Positions 27,877-52,457 of a DNA stretch of 64,000 nt are shown piece after piece. The DNA is from Antedon mediterranea (taxonomy: Eukaryota; Animalia; Echinodermata). The position numbers and the translations under genes are program-made. The stretch is taken from contig NC_092679.1 of assembly GCF_964355755.1 (NCBI RefSeq), positions 2,572,201 through 2,636,200 on the forward strand, given 5' to 3'. The stretch's first letter is position 1. Each line of letters starts with the position of its first letter. The notes under the pieces were generated by a model. It did no database searches and was not told the DNA's origin. It saw nothing but the letters and a program-made list of their open reading frames with translations.

Positions 27877-29553
27877 TTTAAGATGTCCCCAAAACATAAA
27901 ATAATACAGATGAATAAAACCAAATTTTGATTAGGTAGGATATTTTGTTGTTTTAATAAAGTTTTTAAAAAACAACGATTTCGCCTTTAAACAACAAAAT
28001 AACAAATAAAAAGTTTTAGTGTAGGTACCCCTGGAGTCAGTACCGCAAATTAGCAAATAGTACAATTTAAAAACAAAATATTTAAGCACAGTACATGCAT
28101 AGGCCACATTCAACAATGTAGTAGTACTTATGGCACAAAGTTAGTGGTGTGTAGGCCTATGTAAAATGTTATTATATAATACCATATTTCATTAGTTACT
28201 CTAAAACAATAACACAAAAACCGATCATTTATTGTACAACCTACGTTATTTATAAATTACAAATGTACAGTTTTTTGTCGGCATGTTTTTAAAAACAAAA
28301 GGCAATGTTTGGCATTAATGGCGTCCCATAATTTTGTTATTTTAGCACTCACGCACAGCAGCTAGCAACCAACACGACTTTGCTATGCTTAGTTCTAGTT
28401 CCCACTAGAGGACAGGACAATTACGGCATAATATCTCGAAAATAGTAATGGAAATTGGAATTGAATACCTGCAGTGCATACCACTTATAAATTATACTAA
28501 ATGTCAAATTTAATGAAAAGAAAATTACTTTCTTGATACAAATAGATAATTTAGTAACTGAACAATTCTCGAGAAGTATAGCCTAATCAAAATACTCCAG
28601 GTCTTTTATTACAATTTCCATATCTATTACTTCTTTTAAAATGGATTGAACTTAATATGCCGTCTATACGTTATACGTTGGAAATTTAAAACACTACTAT
28701 TTAATATATCTATATTATTCCAAACTTAATATAAAACACGCAGAGTACTAGTACTTTTATATTATAATCTTCTTTATCAAGAATTGTATGCGAACAAGCA
28801 AAATCGGTGTACGCACGCGTGCGCGTTGAAAAGTGGGTTGAATTTAACGACGCGAGTATTTTGGCAATTCAAAATGATCGATGGTTGACATTTAGGAAAG
28901 AAACATCTTATTGTATCTAAGAACGTAACGTTCAATTTCATCCACTGTAATAACAGTAATTAGGCATCACAGATAAATAAATCAACTTATTCTCGAAGAA
29001 AATTTTCTTGAAATCTCCGTGTAAAGCTATCATAACAATTTAACGGCCGGGCTACAAAAATCTTGATGGACAACGGTTCATTTTGTTTGACTGTAGTAGA
29101 GACTTGACTCTCCTGAAGATTGCCTCAAGTAAAGTCTCTCTATCTTTATGTTCTTAGTATTCTTGTATGAAACGCCATGTGTGCCAACATATTTATATCT
29201 TTTTAACAATATTAAATCAATCGCCGTCTCGAACATGGACTACAGTAGGCTCTCCTTGGCACTTTCACTAGCCTATATTTGATTATTGCTAGTTTCAACA
29301 ATTCTCGTTGGAAATCTCTGGTCTGTTGGCGGTATTGACAGCGTATACGTTATACAACAATATTCATGTATTTGTGGGTGGCAATAGTTCAAATGGGTGT
29401 TGCAATTCGCAAGTACTGAAGACGCGATTTTACTTTATAAAATTCAAATTTTTAACTTTTACAAGTTATCCATCCAAGGTATCCATCATCCAATCAAGAT
29501 CTAAAATGCAAGGTTTCAACGCTACATTGAAGTTCAAGTAGTCAAACTGAACG

Positions 29554-32046
29554 TTACAGCCACGACGCATTCGCCTCATCGTGGCCATTACCTGCCGATA
29601 TTACATTCGCGCTCGTCGGAACGATAGGCGCGGGCGGATCTCCATTTATTTCTACTTCAACGTTATTTTGCGCGGGTCTTGCACCATTAGGCTGTTGCAT
29701 AGTACTGTAAGTCGTGACTTGCTGTTTCGGCAACACGCAATCTTCATCTTTTTGTTGATTTTTATCTTTCACGGATATATGCACAACAGCGCCCTCTCTG
29801 CGGTACGCGACACCCTTTTGTGTCCATTTTCGTTCCATCATCGGAGGCTCGTCCGAGAACTGATCGGCGTCTTGTTCGCCATCTTCGTCACCACGTTCTT
29901 CGGAAAGAAGATCATCTTCTTGGATTCGTCTATTCTTTTCAATTATTCGTTTTCTATCACTAAAAAAAAAATCATAATTATTATTTATTAATAATAATTC
30001 ATTCGTAATTGAATACATTTTTAATGAAATAAAAACCGACACCCCATTCCTTTTAAGCTTGGTTTTCACTTTTGTACGCGCAATCAAGGCTGGCCAATCA
30101 CAAGCGATTGTTCGGAATACCCATTGCGATTGGTCAAATAACTTGCGTTGTCTCTTTCTTAAGCTTGGTTCTCAATAGCGACACAACGCAATACGCAACG
30201 TAAGTAAGTTGACTAATCACAAGCGAAGGATTATTCGAACAGTGGCTTGTCAATGGTCAACACGCTTGCGCTTTTTGTTGCGTTCTAGTGGGAACCACGC
30301 TTTAATCAAGAATAAAAATCTTACGATTTGACGCAATGGCAGTAAGAAGACATGAATCAAATGATTATAGGGTTGTCATTGGAATTTCAAGTGTAAAATT
30401 GGACTAAATTAAGTTAATATTGTCGGTAAAACCATTCACTGAGTAATAATTACGTCGATACCAAATATTGATATCCTAATTTCTTTTCAGACGATACATT
30501 GATTTTATATTTTACAGATATTGAAATTCTCGCTACGTTAGGTTTGAGCGTAACGATATTAAGCTCTGTCTACACTATCAAACTTTATGAAACAAAAAAG
30601 TGTGTGCCCAAATATGGTAGTGATGTGCTTAAACATGATAGTGATAAAACATTTGTTTTGTCACATAAAGTTTGATAGTGTAGACAGAGCTTTAGACAAG
30701 CTGCTCTCGCTATGCACGCATAAACCCTCCTGGAACCAAACTCCAAATTACCAATCAATTTACCTAATCAAGTATTGCTACCATTTGAATTATGTGAACT
30801 TAGCTTAAATAACAACTTTTCCCAACGACTTCAACGAAGAGTAAGAAGAACAGTAAGCTATAGAGGCGAAATTACTCCTGCGGCTAATTTATCATCTACA
30901 TATTGCAGCTAAAATTAGTCTCCAGATATGATTGATTACACGAGGGAGGCCCTGCAGAGAGTGCACTGAATTAAGGCAATGCATAAATAGGTAACTATTA
31001 CTATTTATATAGTCGCTTTAATTTAAACCTTTGAGTACACGAGATGATAAAAGACATTTTGAGAGGATAAACAAATCAAACATGTCCATGATTTTGAACA
31101 TGTCGTGCGCGGTTGTTAAACCCATTGAAATATGATATTATATTTTTAGCATGAAACTGCAGCGCAACAGTGGCATGACAACGCGAATGAGTTGACCAAT
31201 CACGACAGTCCGTAAAATCCATGTCGTGATTGGTCAAATCAAGTTGTTAAATTGTCCGACGTTATTTATTTGCGCGCTGCGTCTAAATGGCAAACCAATC
31301 TTAATTGCACGAGCGGAGAAACTTGCAAAGGGATCGCACGTAAAAGATCTCTTAAACCTAAGGTAAATCTCTTTCTGTGAGTCTTCTTCGTGATGGAGGA
31401 GTTTCTAACGAAGTACATTCATTTTACAAATATTGGAAAGCTGTACATTAAAAAAAAAACATGTAGTTATAATTAGCTCGTACATTACTGTCTTCATCTG
31501 CTCTTAAAAGGTTATGTTAATCAAGACGCTGTTTACACGTTCTCATTCACAAAATTCACAATTATCAATGTAAACGAAGACTTAATTATTCACCCCATAC
31601 GTTTAACGATATTATCCCCAATGCAAATGTTACATGATATGAATTCTACTCGTGTAAACGTACACTGATGTCTTCATCTTGCAACTCTTGCGACAAGTTT
31701 GTATCGAATATGTGAATTAATTATGCGAGTCGTGCCATTTAGAATTATGGATGGTTGATTTAGACGAAGTACGCCATAAAATAAAATAATTGAACACAAG
31801 CTTGACTATTCAAGATGAAAAAAAGCAGAATTGTGACTTGAATTTTTATAATGCTTGTTCAGGCATACGATTATATCGGTCGCGTTCAAGTCGGTCGCGA
31901 TAAAATCAATTTCTGGTATTTTGTATGGAACGCCGTTAGTTAAATAACTTACCCAATAAGTACTAAGCAAATGGCGATTAAAGAAGATCCTTGTACCCAA
32001 AGACGATGGTAAGTTAAACAATTATAATGATGATAATGATGATGTA

Positions 32047-32077
<31 letters not shown>

Positions 32078-35000
32078 TGATGGATATGGATAATGATGGT
32101 CATAATGATGATGATAATGATGGTGGATGATGATGATGATGATAGTGATGATGATGATGATGATGATAGTGATGATGATGATGATAGTGATGATGATGAT
32201 GATGATGATGATGACGATGATGATGACGACGACGACGACGACGATGATGACGATGATGATTAAATGGATGATCATGACGATTACAATGGATGATGATGAT
32301 GGATGATAATGATGGATGATTATGATGATAATGATGACGATGACAACGATGATGATGATAATGATGGATTATGACGATGATAAATGATGGTGATGACGAC
32401 GATGATGACGACTACGATGACGATGATTATGATAACGATGATGATCATTAGTTATTAATAAAAGAAGAAAATAATCGACCTTAATTAAACACTTTATCGA
32501 AGATATATATCTACAAACATCGAGAAAGATGTGCAATGGATCGTATCAACCAATAGTGAAAAAATAGGCTAGACGTAATACACACAGGATTTCATTAGCA
32601 ATGGCAAACACATTCAATCAATTGGCTTTCCAATCTCTTAACAACACTTAACTTGCTTTTCAATTTCTCTCGAGACCTATATTAATGTTGATATGGAATT
32701 ACAAAAGAAAAAAAAACACAGTTCCGCGTAGATTATTCAGAAAAACAAATTGACCAGTATTCGTGGTGTACATAAACAAACATTGAGGCCTCACTGTTTA
32801 ATACGCCAAACTAGTGTACGCATGCGTCGTAGTACACGACGCACATAAATGCAATGCACTCTTGACACTGCTCTCGACAGCAAATTTATGGCATGGATAT
32901 TCAACATTGAGCAGCAGCCTGTGAATTTGTACGAAAACATAATAGTGTATACAAGCCTGAATATTATTTTCTAGTTAAAAAGAAGTGTAATACTATAGAC
33001 CTAATTACAAAAAGAGAATTTAGGCCTACACGTGCACGTTAAGTACAAAGCTAGTAGGGCAATGACTGTTACAAATTTTGCATTAAAACGATGCTATTAT
33101 AATATTATAACGTACTCTACGTGCTGTATTCTCAGAAGAATTGAAGCAGAATACCATTAGCAGAAGAAGCCTGACAATAAAGACGGGAGCGATCGTGTAC
33201 GTTAAATCGAAAAGTTATGAAGACTTTTATTTTTGAGTCACTAATACAAGAAGGCATATAATGATTAGTCTGAGTTCCAGATAGAGTTTTGACTTAATAA
33301 TATTAGTAAAAAGATAAATATTTTGGCACATACTATTTGAGCTTGTATTTCAGACAATCATCGAAAAGCCTTTGAATATAGTAAAAAGATAAACATTTTG
33401 GCACATATGGCGTTTCATACTTGAGCTTGTATTTCAGACAAACATCGAAAAGTAACTACAAAAATACTACAGACTTGGGGAAAGTCTACCTAATGATATG
33501 CATATACAATTCATATTATTATCAATTATGCATATATTAAAATGTATTTACTGTATTCACAAATTTCTCGTCCAAAATTTAGTGCTTTTATCTACAGAAA
33601 AGTTCGTGACAAACACAAAGAATAAACCTCAATTATGTATAATAATAAAAATGTCACGTTATCAGACAAAATAAGCAACACAATATGCCTACACTAACTT
33701 TATCATTTAACGAACATTGGTCTAAACCACATATTGTTGATGATACTGTTAATCAATGAATTAATCTCCATTTATTAAAATAAATATGTGAATAATATCG
33801 GCAATAGGTTTCCAATAAGCCAAGGTTGTATGACCTCAAATAGGTCTAAGAGCCATTTCATATTTATTATGCGGATAATGTAGCCATCATAACATATAGG
33901 CCTAGAGAGAGTTGACAAAGTTGGATATAGACACACCGACATAACGTAAATCATTGAGTCAGTGACCATCACGATACAGTATTAGACTTGGTTCTCACTT
34001 GCACGCAACGCAAGTACGTAATCGCGTCGCAATTAATTTGACCAATCACGGTACGGTGGACCATCAGAACTGTCGCTTTTGATTGATCGACTCAATCGCG
34101 TTGCAACTACGTAATTGTATTGCGTACAAGATGAAACAAGCTTTATCCTTAATTGATAACGAACTTCGTATGAAGCCTCGTAGAGACAATCATCAACATA
34201 CCAACTCAATTGCAACTAATATTCACTAACATTGGATTGGACAAACAGACATATCGACAAACCAAGTTATAGCGCAGTCTATTAATGGCATTGAGAGGCC
34301 CTTAAATTGAATGGAAAACGAACATTCTCTTAGCCTCATCATTGGCGAGACTAATGGCCGATATTGTCCCCACTCGATCACATCTATTCGCATCATTTAA
34401 ATATGATATTAAAATATCTCATTCATTTTTCAATTATAAATTATATCTATAGCATCTGGTAACATTATCGGTCACAGATGGTTTCGGTTAATAACTCGCA
34501 GGAGGAGTGACACTGAACGTGTCATCTGTCACAGTCTGCTAATATATTCATATACATATACGTAGTGTAGGGTCGGTTCAGACTTAGCTATTTAGCTATT
34601 TATTTCATGGCCACAGTTAAGCGTGGTTCCCACTAGCGACGCAACGAACGCAGCGTTTATTGCAGCGTCGTATTGACGCAAATGTGCTGTGTTGCGTAAT
34701 CACAAGCGGGAACCGACAACGAAACAGTGCTGCAAACATCAAAAGGGAACTCAAAATAAACATTGTCTATAACTCCATCCTGTAAAATCAAAGAAATGTA
34801 TTTGAGTACAAATGTCTGCACGATTAAATTACTCTTGAGAATAACTAATTGTTACATTATTTACGACTTTCTGTCACTTTTTATGAAAAAATACATCATT
34901 AATATAGAAAAAAAAACAGATAAAGTACAATTAAGTTGTTTTTCTTACGAAAATCAATTACTATTAGTGATAATATTCTTGTGTTCACTATGCTTGGCTA

Positions 35001-37701
35001 TTGTTTACATTGATTATAAGCGAGGATAACATTGTAGGCCTACTATCAAGTAGTCAGTAATTAACGTTGAGTGGTTAGCTCGCGCCAATAACTCGATACG
35101 TTCTTCTTTCTACATGTTTGTGAAATTAATCCATACATTTATATTAAACACAATCCAGACGACAATATTGTCTGAGAACAGAATTAATGAAATCTTTATT
35201 ACTACAGGTCTTCTTTGAATTAACAATATAGTCTCTCTTCGATTAGAGAGACTTATTTGTGTGTGGATAAGATGAACACATAATACGGAACGGTAAGCGG
35301 AAAACCGCGTAGCTTGTCCCACGCAGATTCTTCAACTATAGCCTTACTATCTTGAGCCAAAGCAATCTAACATTGCCTTGCTTGAGCGGAAACAGCCCCG
35401 TCCGCTGCGCGTTGTCATAAGAAAAGAAATGAGATTCTATATTTTCTGTGTAAATTGGTCTTTAGGCCTGAAAGAAGCCGCTAAGACAATAAGACTAGAC
35501 CCGTATGTAAATATACCTGAATAAGATTGTTTCTAAAATAACAAAGATTCGTGTTGGTTGTAATAGAAGGTTTATTTGTCAAGATTATTGTTCAATCAAA
35601 ACAACAGGGAGAGAGGAGATTTAAAAAAAAAAGGACCAACAAATTAAACACTCTTAAATTGACACAAACAATACTGTTGTGAGATTCAAAAAGAGGCATT
35701 TGTTTTTCTAAAGTGTTCAGCAGATATCATAAACAATGTATGGACGCCATATTTATCATTTATGACTTAACACGTCCGTCTTGTAAAGTTCGGTAAACAG
35801 GATTAAACTAGTTTAAATCTATTGTTTATAGGCAATTTGCCCAACAAAATCAAAAAATGGGTTCAATATTGTATAGGCAATTTGTGCCCAACAAAATCAA
35901 AAAATGGATTCAATATTGTTTTTAGATATAATTATAATGATATTGTTGCTCCTACACCAAATGTGTTATATTAGTGACAGCCATATATAGATTTAATTTC
36001 ATTTTACGTTGTTGAAATCGATTGGAATAATCGACAATAAATCGTATAATAATGTTTACGTCAAACAAAGCTATAATAATAAATCAACATTTCTATTTAA
36101 TTACCAAATGTTTGAATATTTATATAATTACCTTTTTTCCACCTGATTTTGTAATAATAAACTAATTGTATTATGAGCATATATATTTAATTATTGACAT
36201 ACTATATTCAATTTATGTCTTGTTTCTTTACATAGCCAGGCCTATATTTTATTTTATTAGTATCACCCGCCGACAATTGAAAATACACATACATTATGTA
36301 AAATAATATTATAATATATCATTGTGTAGGCCTCATACTAACAGATTATTTACGTAACATGCACGGGTAGATGTACGCGCGCACAAACCTCTTAATCATC
36401 TTTTGTACGCACGAGTTAAATTGCGTGCCCCTAATGTCATAACTATAAGATTTCATCTATACATATCACATACTGTTTTATCACATACATTATTGTATCA
36501 TACAACTTGGCTATATCGCATATCATTATTTTATTACCAAATTATTTATAAAAATATACTTGTATCTTGTACAAGAATACCGTTATCAAATCTGACACAC
36601 GGTCATACGTCATCACAACATCTAGAAACCATGTTGCTATTTTGTAATCAAGATAACCTCCAAAGTGTTTCTTGATAAATATCGAATTAAAATATTAAAT
36701 ACCAAACGATAATATTATACTTCAAATTTAATTGATTATGACGTACGGATAGGATTGAGGACTTGCAAACCATCTCCCAGAAACCAAACAAAGTAATCAC
36801 CAAATTCGCCCCTTGATATTAAGTTAAGACTGCGCGAATTGAAGAATGCAATACATATAAAAGCGATGACATCTTCATCAGTGTTTGTACGCGCACATAC
36901 AATATGCAATATTATTTTCATCAGTATTTGTGCGCGAGCGTACACAATCAATGTCATTTTACTTCAGTGTTTGTACGCGCGCGTATACGAACAATAGCAG
37001 TTTAATCAGCGTTTGTACGCGCGCGTATACGAACAATATCATTTTCATCAGCGTATGTACGCGCGCGTATACAAATAACATTTCAACGGTGTCTGTACGC
37101 GCGTGTGTACATTATTATTCAACATTGTGTGTCCCTCTTTACGATATCACTTGTAATCTACCGTACTTTATGAAATCATATTTCATGCAAGAGTATCGTT
37201 ATATTTCTGGCAAGTATATTTCTTACGTAATTAGGCTACAGTTGACACCTGCTTAATAACTAATCCTATATAGGCCTAAGTAGATACCTATAATAAGACA
37301 ATAGAACACAACATTTTTAAAGCGCGCGTTCAACAGTTGATAACAATTATTTATTAATATAATATTGTTCAGTAAAGAACTTTTTCCCGGTAAACATTAG
37401 GATGCAGACTTTTTTTTCAAATCTGCATTTATCAGGCTGTAGGCTAAACATGTGAAAAAAAAGATATTGTAAACGTTGCTAGCTAGAATTCCAAATATTC
37501 ATGATAATCCATGCTCGTACTACCGGCGTATTGCAGCCTATATTATACTAATTATCTCTAGGCATGCATGCAGCTAGCTCAACTTATAGATTTATTTACT
37601 TACACGTATGCTTTGTATGCCGAATAAATGAACAGTGATACGAATACAACTGCTAAAATACAACCAAACACAATACCGAAAATATTCCCAGCCGTCGACA
37701 T
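29554..37701 (-). CDS. Orphan single-pass membrane protein, 2 exons, about 167 aa, C-terminal -SWL
   Basis: Exon 1 (37604-37701) MSTAGNIFGIVFGCILAVVFVSLFIYSAYKAYV|GTAAGT, phase 2. Exon 2 (29554-29959) ttttttttAG|DRKRIIEKNRR...EANASWL-stop. Phases are compatible; additional exons between them cannot be excluded. Confidence 0.7.
30056..30301. mobile_element. Two adjacent MITE family A-related copies
   Basis: agcttggtttt... and agcttggttctc...ctagtgggaaccacgc termini. Confidence 0.65.
30562..30691. mobile_element. MITE family B with TTA target duplication (PIF/Harbinger-like)
   Basis: TTA-agctctgtctacactatcaaactttatg...cataaagtttgatagtgtagacagagct-TTA. Confidence 0.85.
32020..32445. repeat. 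(GAT/GAC)n imperfect microsatellite
   Basis: Direct inspection of the sequence. Confidence 0.95.
33986..34143. mobile_element. Degenerate MITE related to family A
   Basis: acttggttctcacttgcacgcaac...ttgcgtacaagatgaaacaagct. Confidence 0.55.
34620..34745. mobile_element. Truncated MITE family A copy
   Basis: agcgtggttcccactagcgacgcaac...tgcaaacatc matches the left half of the 53218 copy. Confidence 0.7.
36870..37110. repeat. Minisatellite of about 42 bp (cagtgtttgtacgcgcgcgtatacgaacaat), about 6 units
   Basis: Tandem units are visible; a related unit lies near 36370-36410. Confidence 0.8.
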
Positions 37702-39951
37702 CTTCAGTTTGTGCATGCAATCAGAGAGAGTGTTTTCTGCGATGTCTAGGCTGCAGTTTTGTTGTAACCATTCGCATTGATAAACTCGACGCTCCTTAAT
37801 ATTCTAAACGTCGAAACGCAAACCATCGCTTAAACGTGATTAAATCCATAGATCACGTGATAAGCGTGAAACTAATTCGACACGCTTGAATGGATCTCGT
37901 GCTCATGCGCGTTAAAGTTTAATAAGATACGTACTTAAAATATTAAAACCCATGTGCTAACTGTTTTACAGCTTTAGTTGGATTTAAGAAAGACGCGCAA
38001 TCGATACAAATTTTAATAATTTAAAGAAAAGACAAATATTTAATATAATATTCTTCCATGATCGCACTACGTTGTTCCATATTGCTCTTACTGTGTGTGA
38101 GAAAATAACGTTAAAATGCATATTAAATGCAAATTAGATATACTGTACTATAGTAATACCTGCATTTTTGCCAATGATAATTAAACCCATAATGCATTGC
38201 GTAGGCGGAAGCAATTTTTCTTGGGTTTCTTCAACATAGAGATAATAATATTGAATATAACATGTTTTTTCCTTAGTTAACAAGAAATAAACACGTTTAA
38301 TAACGTTTGATATCAATGTGGTTCACCCCAGCCAGGCAAATTCTCACATCGTATGATTCCCGGATGTATTAATGATGATTTTTACCTTGGCCTCATAGGA
38401 AGAAAAACAATGTTTCCCGGATATGTTAACTCGCGCGTGTCGTGGGTTCGATTCCAGGCGCCGGTCATGTGCTCTGATCAACCAGAAGGCACGTAAGGAA
38501 TATTGACATTCTAAATGTGCATTACAAATTAATGATGAAAATATATTGCAAGTCAAACTGAACGCAACTGTTAGACTATTGTTAATCATGTTCGCTTTAT
38601 AATGATACGCAGCTGTTTCTCTTCTTCTTTCCTTTCATTTGAATATTTTGCATCGCATAATGATAAACATTACTGTTTAGCTTCAAAATGTAAAACTGAA
38701 ACAAAGAAAATAGGTTGCATGCTTAATTGCATTATGAGCATGTTTTCACTGGGTGCTCATTTATCCTCATTGGTGAATGTACCACCAATACCTTCACGTG
38801 GTAACCGACACTGTATCTAGATTTTTGAAGTGTCATAGGAAAATACCGTGATACTGCATCACATGTTCATCACTTGTATGGCCTAATATGTGATACACAT
38901 GTGATACTGTTTTACAGCATGATACTGGAGAAGTACAGAAGTGAGGCTGAGATACAGCACTGTAAATCGGATGTAAGTGAATGCTGTACCTTTAGCACAT
39001 CTAAAAGGCAGAATATCCACAATATCTTAATAATCCCTGCTATTAATCCGTAATCCCTGCTATTAATCCGTAATCCCTGTTTTATCTTATTACTCAAGTT
39101 AATTTTTAGATGCCAATATAACATTTTCATGTTTGATTATTACAACGAAATAAATAAAATATCTATACATCTTCATGTTAGTCTCATTGACTATAAAATA
39201 AGAATTCTTGAGAAAAAATGTACGAAGCTATGATTTCCGACAAGACTTCATACAACATACTATTTTACAATATTTCTTTTATACGAAAATATCAAAATTA
39301 CAAGCAAAAAATAATCTTGTGAAAATGAATATTAATGAGTGCATTCCTTGACCTCATAAATGGCTAACAAGCTAGAGATGCCATAAACCCCTGGGACCGT
39401 CAATACAATACAGTATAGCACTAATTACCGGTAACGCACTATAAAACCATCAATTAAAGCTGCTTGTCGCCTCTGATATCAACATAGCAAGCTATTCCAT
39501 GAAATTATAAATAATAATAAAAAAAACTTTTAACATTTTTCTTTTCAGTTAATTACAATTCATATCAATTGGACCAAGTATTAAAATTGTTGAAACAAGA
39601 TCCCTACGGGCTCCAAAGTTCATAATGGGCGCTGACTGCATCGTATCGCGATATACTACAGCAACATCTAGAGTATTCACATGCGGTCTCCCCTCAAAAT
39701 GGCAAAAAATATGCCAACATTTTACCAAATTCCAGGTGGTTGAGCCATAAAAATATCACATAACAAATTAAGAAAACCAAAACACAAATTTTCATTCTTT
39801 TATTTACCATTTCTGCTCTTTTAAAAAGCGTTTACATGGGTTGACTGTAGGCCTGCTACCTTCCCCTAGCCGTCACTTATTCAAGGTTACTCCCGATTAT
39901 AACTCTATTTCCTCCTGTGGTATATTCTTATAATTGCACTGTGTCGGTAAC

Positions 39952-49888
<9,937 letters not shown>

Positions 49889-50178
49889 AATGGAGCGATT
49901 AAAGATCACAAGTAACCAGTACAGTGTGGTACACTGACACAAACGGGTTCACTTTAAATATTGAACGAAACAAAATGAGTGTCATTTATATACAACGTCA
50001 CACGCATCCTTTGTCATTGACAAGAAGGAAGTTTGCATTTATAGCCTGGTAACGTCTATATTAACCAGATTATAACTCGTAATTAGTTTAATTAAGTTAA
50101 TTGATATTTTTACTTTTATTCAACAGTGGCCGGATCCAGGTGTATCCATTTTTATTTGATTCACCAATTCCTTCCTTA

Positions 50179-50348
50179 AGCTTGGTTCTCACTTTAACGC
50201 GATGCAAGGACGGTGTCATGTCTTTAGGCGCAAAACTGATAATTTGACCAATCAGAAACAACAAGTTGATTGATTCATCATCGCGTTGACAAATTACTTA
50301 TGTTGCGTGTACATCCTAAATTGCGTTACACCCAGTGCGAAACAAGGT
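50179..50348. mobile_element. Degenerate MITE related to family A
   Basis: agcttggttctcact...agtgcgaaacaaggt. Confidence 0.5.
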
Positions 50349-51121
50349 TAAGTATGACCTACTCCGAAAACAGTAAAGGTGCCCTAACATGTAGCCTACG
50401 GTTGAATGTGACCCACATCCTCCTATCTTGGGATCAAATCAAAGCCAAATGTTAAGCAGCTTATAGTAAACTCAGTTTCATTTTTAAACAAAAACCAGGG
50501 CAACAATCTGAAGAGTATTTTTCAAAAAATGAAATTAGTTCATAGTAATATAAACGTAAAAATGTATTTCTAATAAAAATAACTAATCCTAAAATACTTT
50601 GGTCTATCATTTACTTGAAACTATACGAAATAAGAAATAAAAGTATACACACATATATTACTAATTATTATTCATATTTTAAATCATACAAAAGTTATTA
50701 CTTATTGCCATCTCGTAATTCATTTTACACACAGAAATCGTTACTATAATTTTTCTGTAAACGAATACTGGGAAACCAACAGAACAATCAGAGAAAAATA
50801 ACGAATAGGCCTAGGTCACAAAGAGTAAAATTATCCTGTCACAAAAAGGTGTATCAATTGGATCTTATTATTTAATTAATTTTTTTTTCTCTTTTGTGGC
50901 GTTAACCACTATTTTATTTATTTCATTCGCAAATGATCAATACAATGATGTTACACTTCATCTAAATATAATATTCCCTTGTTATTCTGATTTTTTTAAA
51001 TTAATATTTTTATAAACAGAAAGGTTGAAATATCCCCAATTAAAATATGTTTGTTGGGTTACAGTGTTGTCTTTTTGACGAAAAATCCGTTCCCAATTCT
51101 TTATAACATCGTTTGCGTTTA

Positions 51122-51271
51122 AGCTCTGTCTACATTAATATCAAACTTTATGTGACAAAAAATATGTGTCCATATATGGACATGATGATGATGTCATATC
51201 ACTATCGTATTTGGGAATACCACTACCATATTTGGGCACATCAAACTTTTTTTGATAGTGTAGATAGAGCT
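51122..51271. mobile_element. MITE family B with TTA target duplication
   Basis: TTA-agctctgtctacatt...tttgatagtgtagatagagct-TTA. Confidence 0.85.
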
Positions 51272-51476
51272 TTAAGAGTATGGAGGCTTTTTCGAAACAT
51301 AAGAATTGTTTAATTACAATGCGGCGAATCGGCACAAATATGGTTTAATTTTAATAACGTTTAAGCCTAAGAGTTAGAATGCTTCATTGGACAAATAATC
51401 TACACAGGTATGTATCATCTTGACTCATATCCACCTTGTCATGATTGCGAAGCCTATTAATTTGAAGAGTTTTATG

Positions 51477-52457
51477 TTATTCTAGTTCAACCGTCGGACC
51501 ATCGTAGGCCGCTACACCGTCTGTATTCGACCTCATGGTATTACTTTCAGTTTTAGTCATAGAGCACTTGCGCCTCAGGAAGCTGATAAGTGGCAAGTTA
51601 CTTATAGCGTGGTGGAAATCTGGAAGTTTCCTCCAGTAAATGAATGGGTTCAGGGCCGAGTTCATTAGGCCAAAATTGAGAAAAAAACATGCTAATTTAC
51701 TGGCGAAAAAACAGTGTCTAGATGCAAAGTAATACTCAACGCAGATGCGAATAGCTTCGAAACACCACGGCAACCAACAAACTCCAAAAACAACTACAAT
51801 TACAGCGTACGCGCGTACTACGAGATGCGTACGTTTAAAGTCACCTTTTCCACCTAATTTCTTCTGTCTCTTTTTGTCCATTTTCCGCATACTATAAAAT
51901 ATAGCAATATACAGACAAATCAAACTGATCATTGCCACTATAACACTGAACGGAGCGAATGTATAAAGAAGCAAAATGTAATAGTAAGGATAGGCAGTGA
52001 AAGGTAGAATAAACGATATCGTACAAATCCACATAAGTACGCAGAATATTATCAATTGTTTGGATGTAGCACCTCCACCAGGCGTCTTCGCTCTAACGAC
52101 AAGAATGTAGAATCTCTCCACGGCGATGGCAAGGTTCGTGAAGATCGAAATCTGTAGAAGAGCGACCGACATGCCATCCACGACGCTAGGTCGTCCGAAT
52201 ATCTGTATTGGCATCAGGCAACCTGTCGTGACGTCCGTAATGCACAGGCTGAATATCAAAATATACTTACGAGTTCGTAGTTTTTTGTTTGTTGCAAACG
52301 CCCAGAGAACAATGCCATTTCCAAAGAGAATCATAACGCTTATTATGACAAAGGATATCAAGTAGAGTAGGAGAAGATCTTTATCCTGGTAAATTGCTGT
52401 CTTTCTAATGTCAGGCAGCGTACAATTGCTCGGATCAAAGTCTGCCATGTCGTCCAT
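51477..52457 (-). CDS. Orphan rhodopsin-class (class A) GPCR, single coding exon, 326 aa
   Basis: Seven hydrophobic segments with GNxxV (TM1), SLCITD (TM2), ERF (DRY position), CWLPW (TM6) and NSALNPFIY (TM7). Confidence 0.93.
   Translation of the reverse strand: MDDMADFDPSNCTLPDIRKTAIYQDKDLLLLYLISFVIISVMILFGNGIVLWAFATNKKLRTRKYILIFSLCITDVTTGCLMPIQIFGRPSVVDGMSVALLQISIFTNLAIAVERFYILVVRAKTPGGGATSKQLIIFCVLMWICTISFILPFTAYPYYYILLLYTFAPFSVIVAMISLICLYIAIFYSMRKMDKKRQKKLGGKGDFKRTHLVVRAYAVIVVVFGVCWLPWCFEAIRICVEYYFASRHCFFASKLACFFLNFGLMNSALNPFIYWRKLPDFHHAISNLPLISFLRRKCSMTKTESNTMRSNTDGVAAYDGPTVELE

Noticed and set aside
31949-32275. Poly-Ile/His ORF
   Set aside because: Translation of the (GAT)n microsatellite.
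38420-38480. B-box-like GGGTTCGATTCC, and a similar ggttcaaatc at about 63823-63832
   Set aside because: No convincing cloverleaf or intact A box; at most decayed tRNA or SINE remnants.
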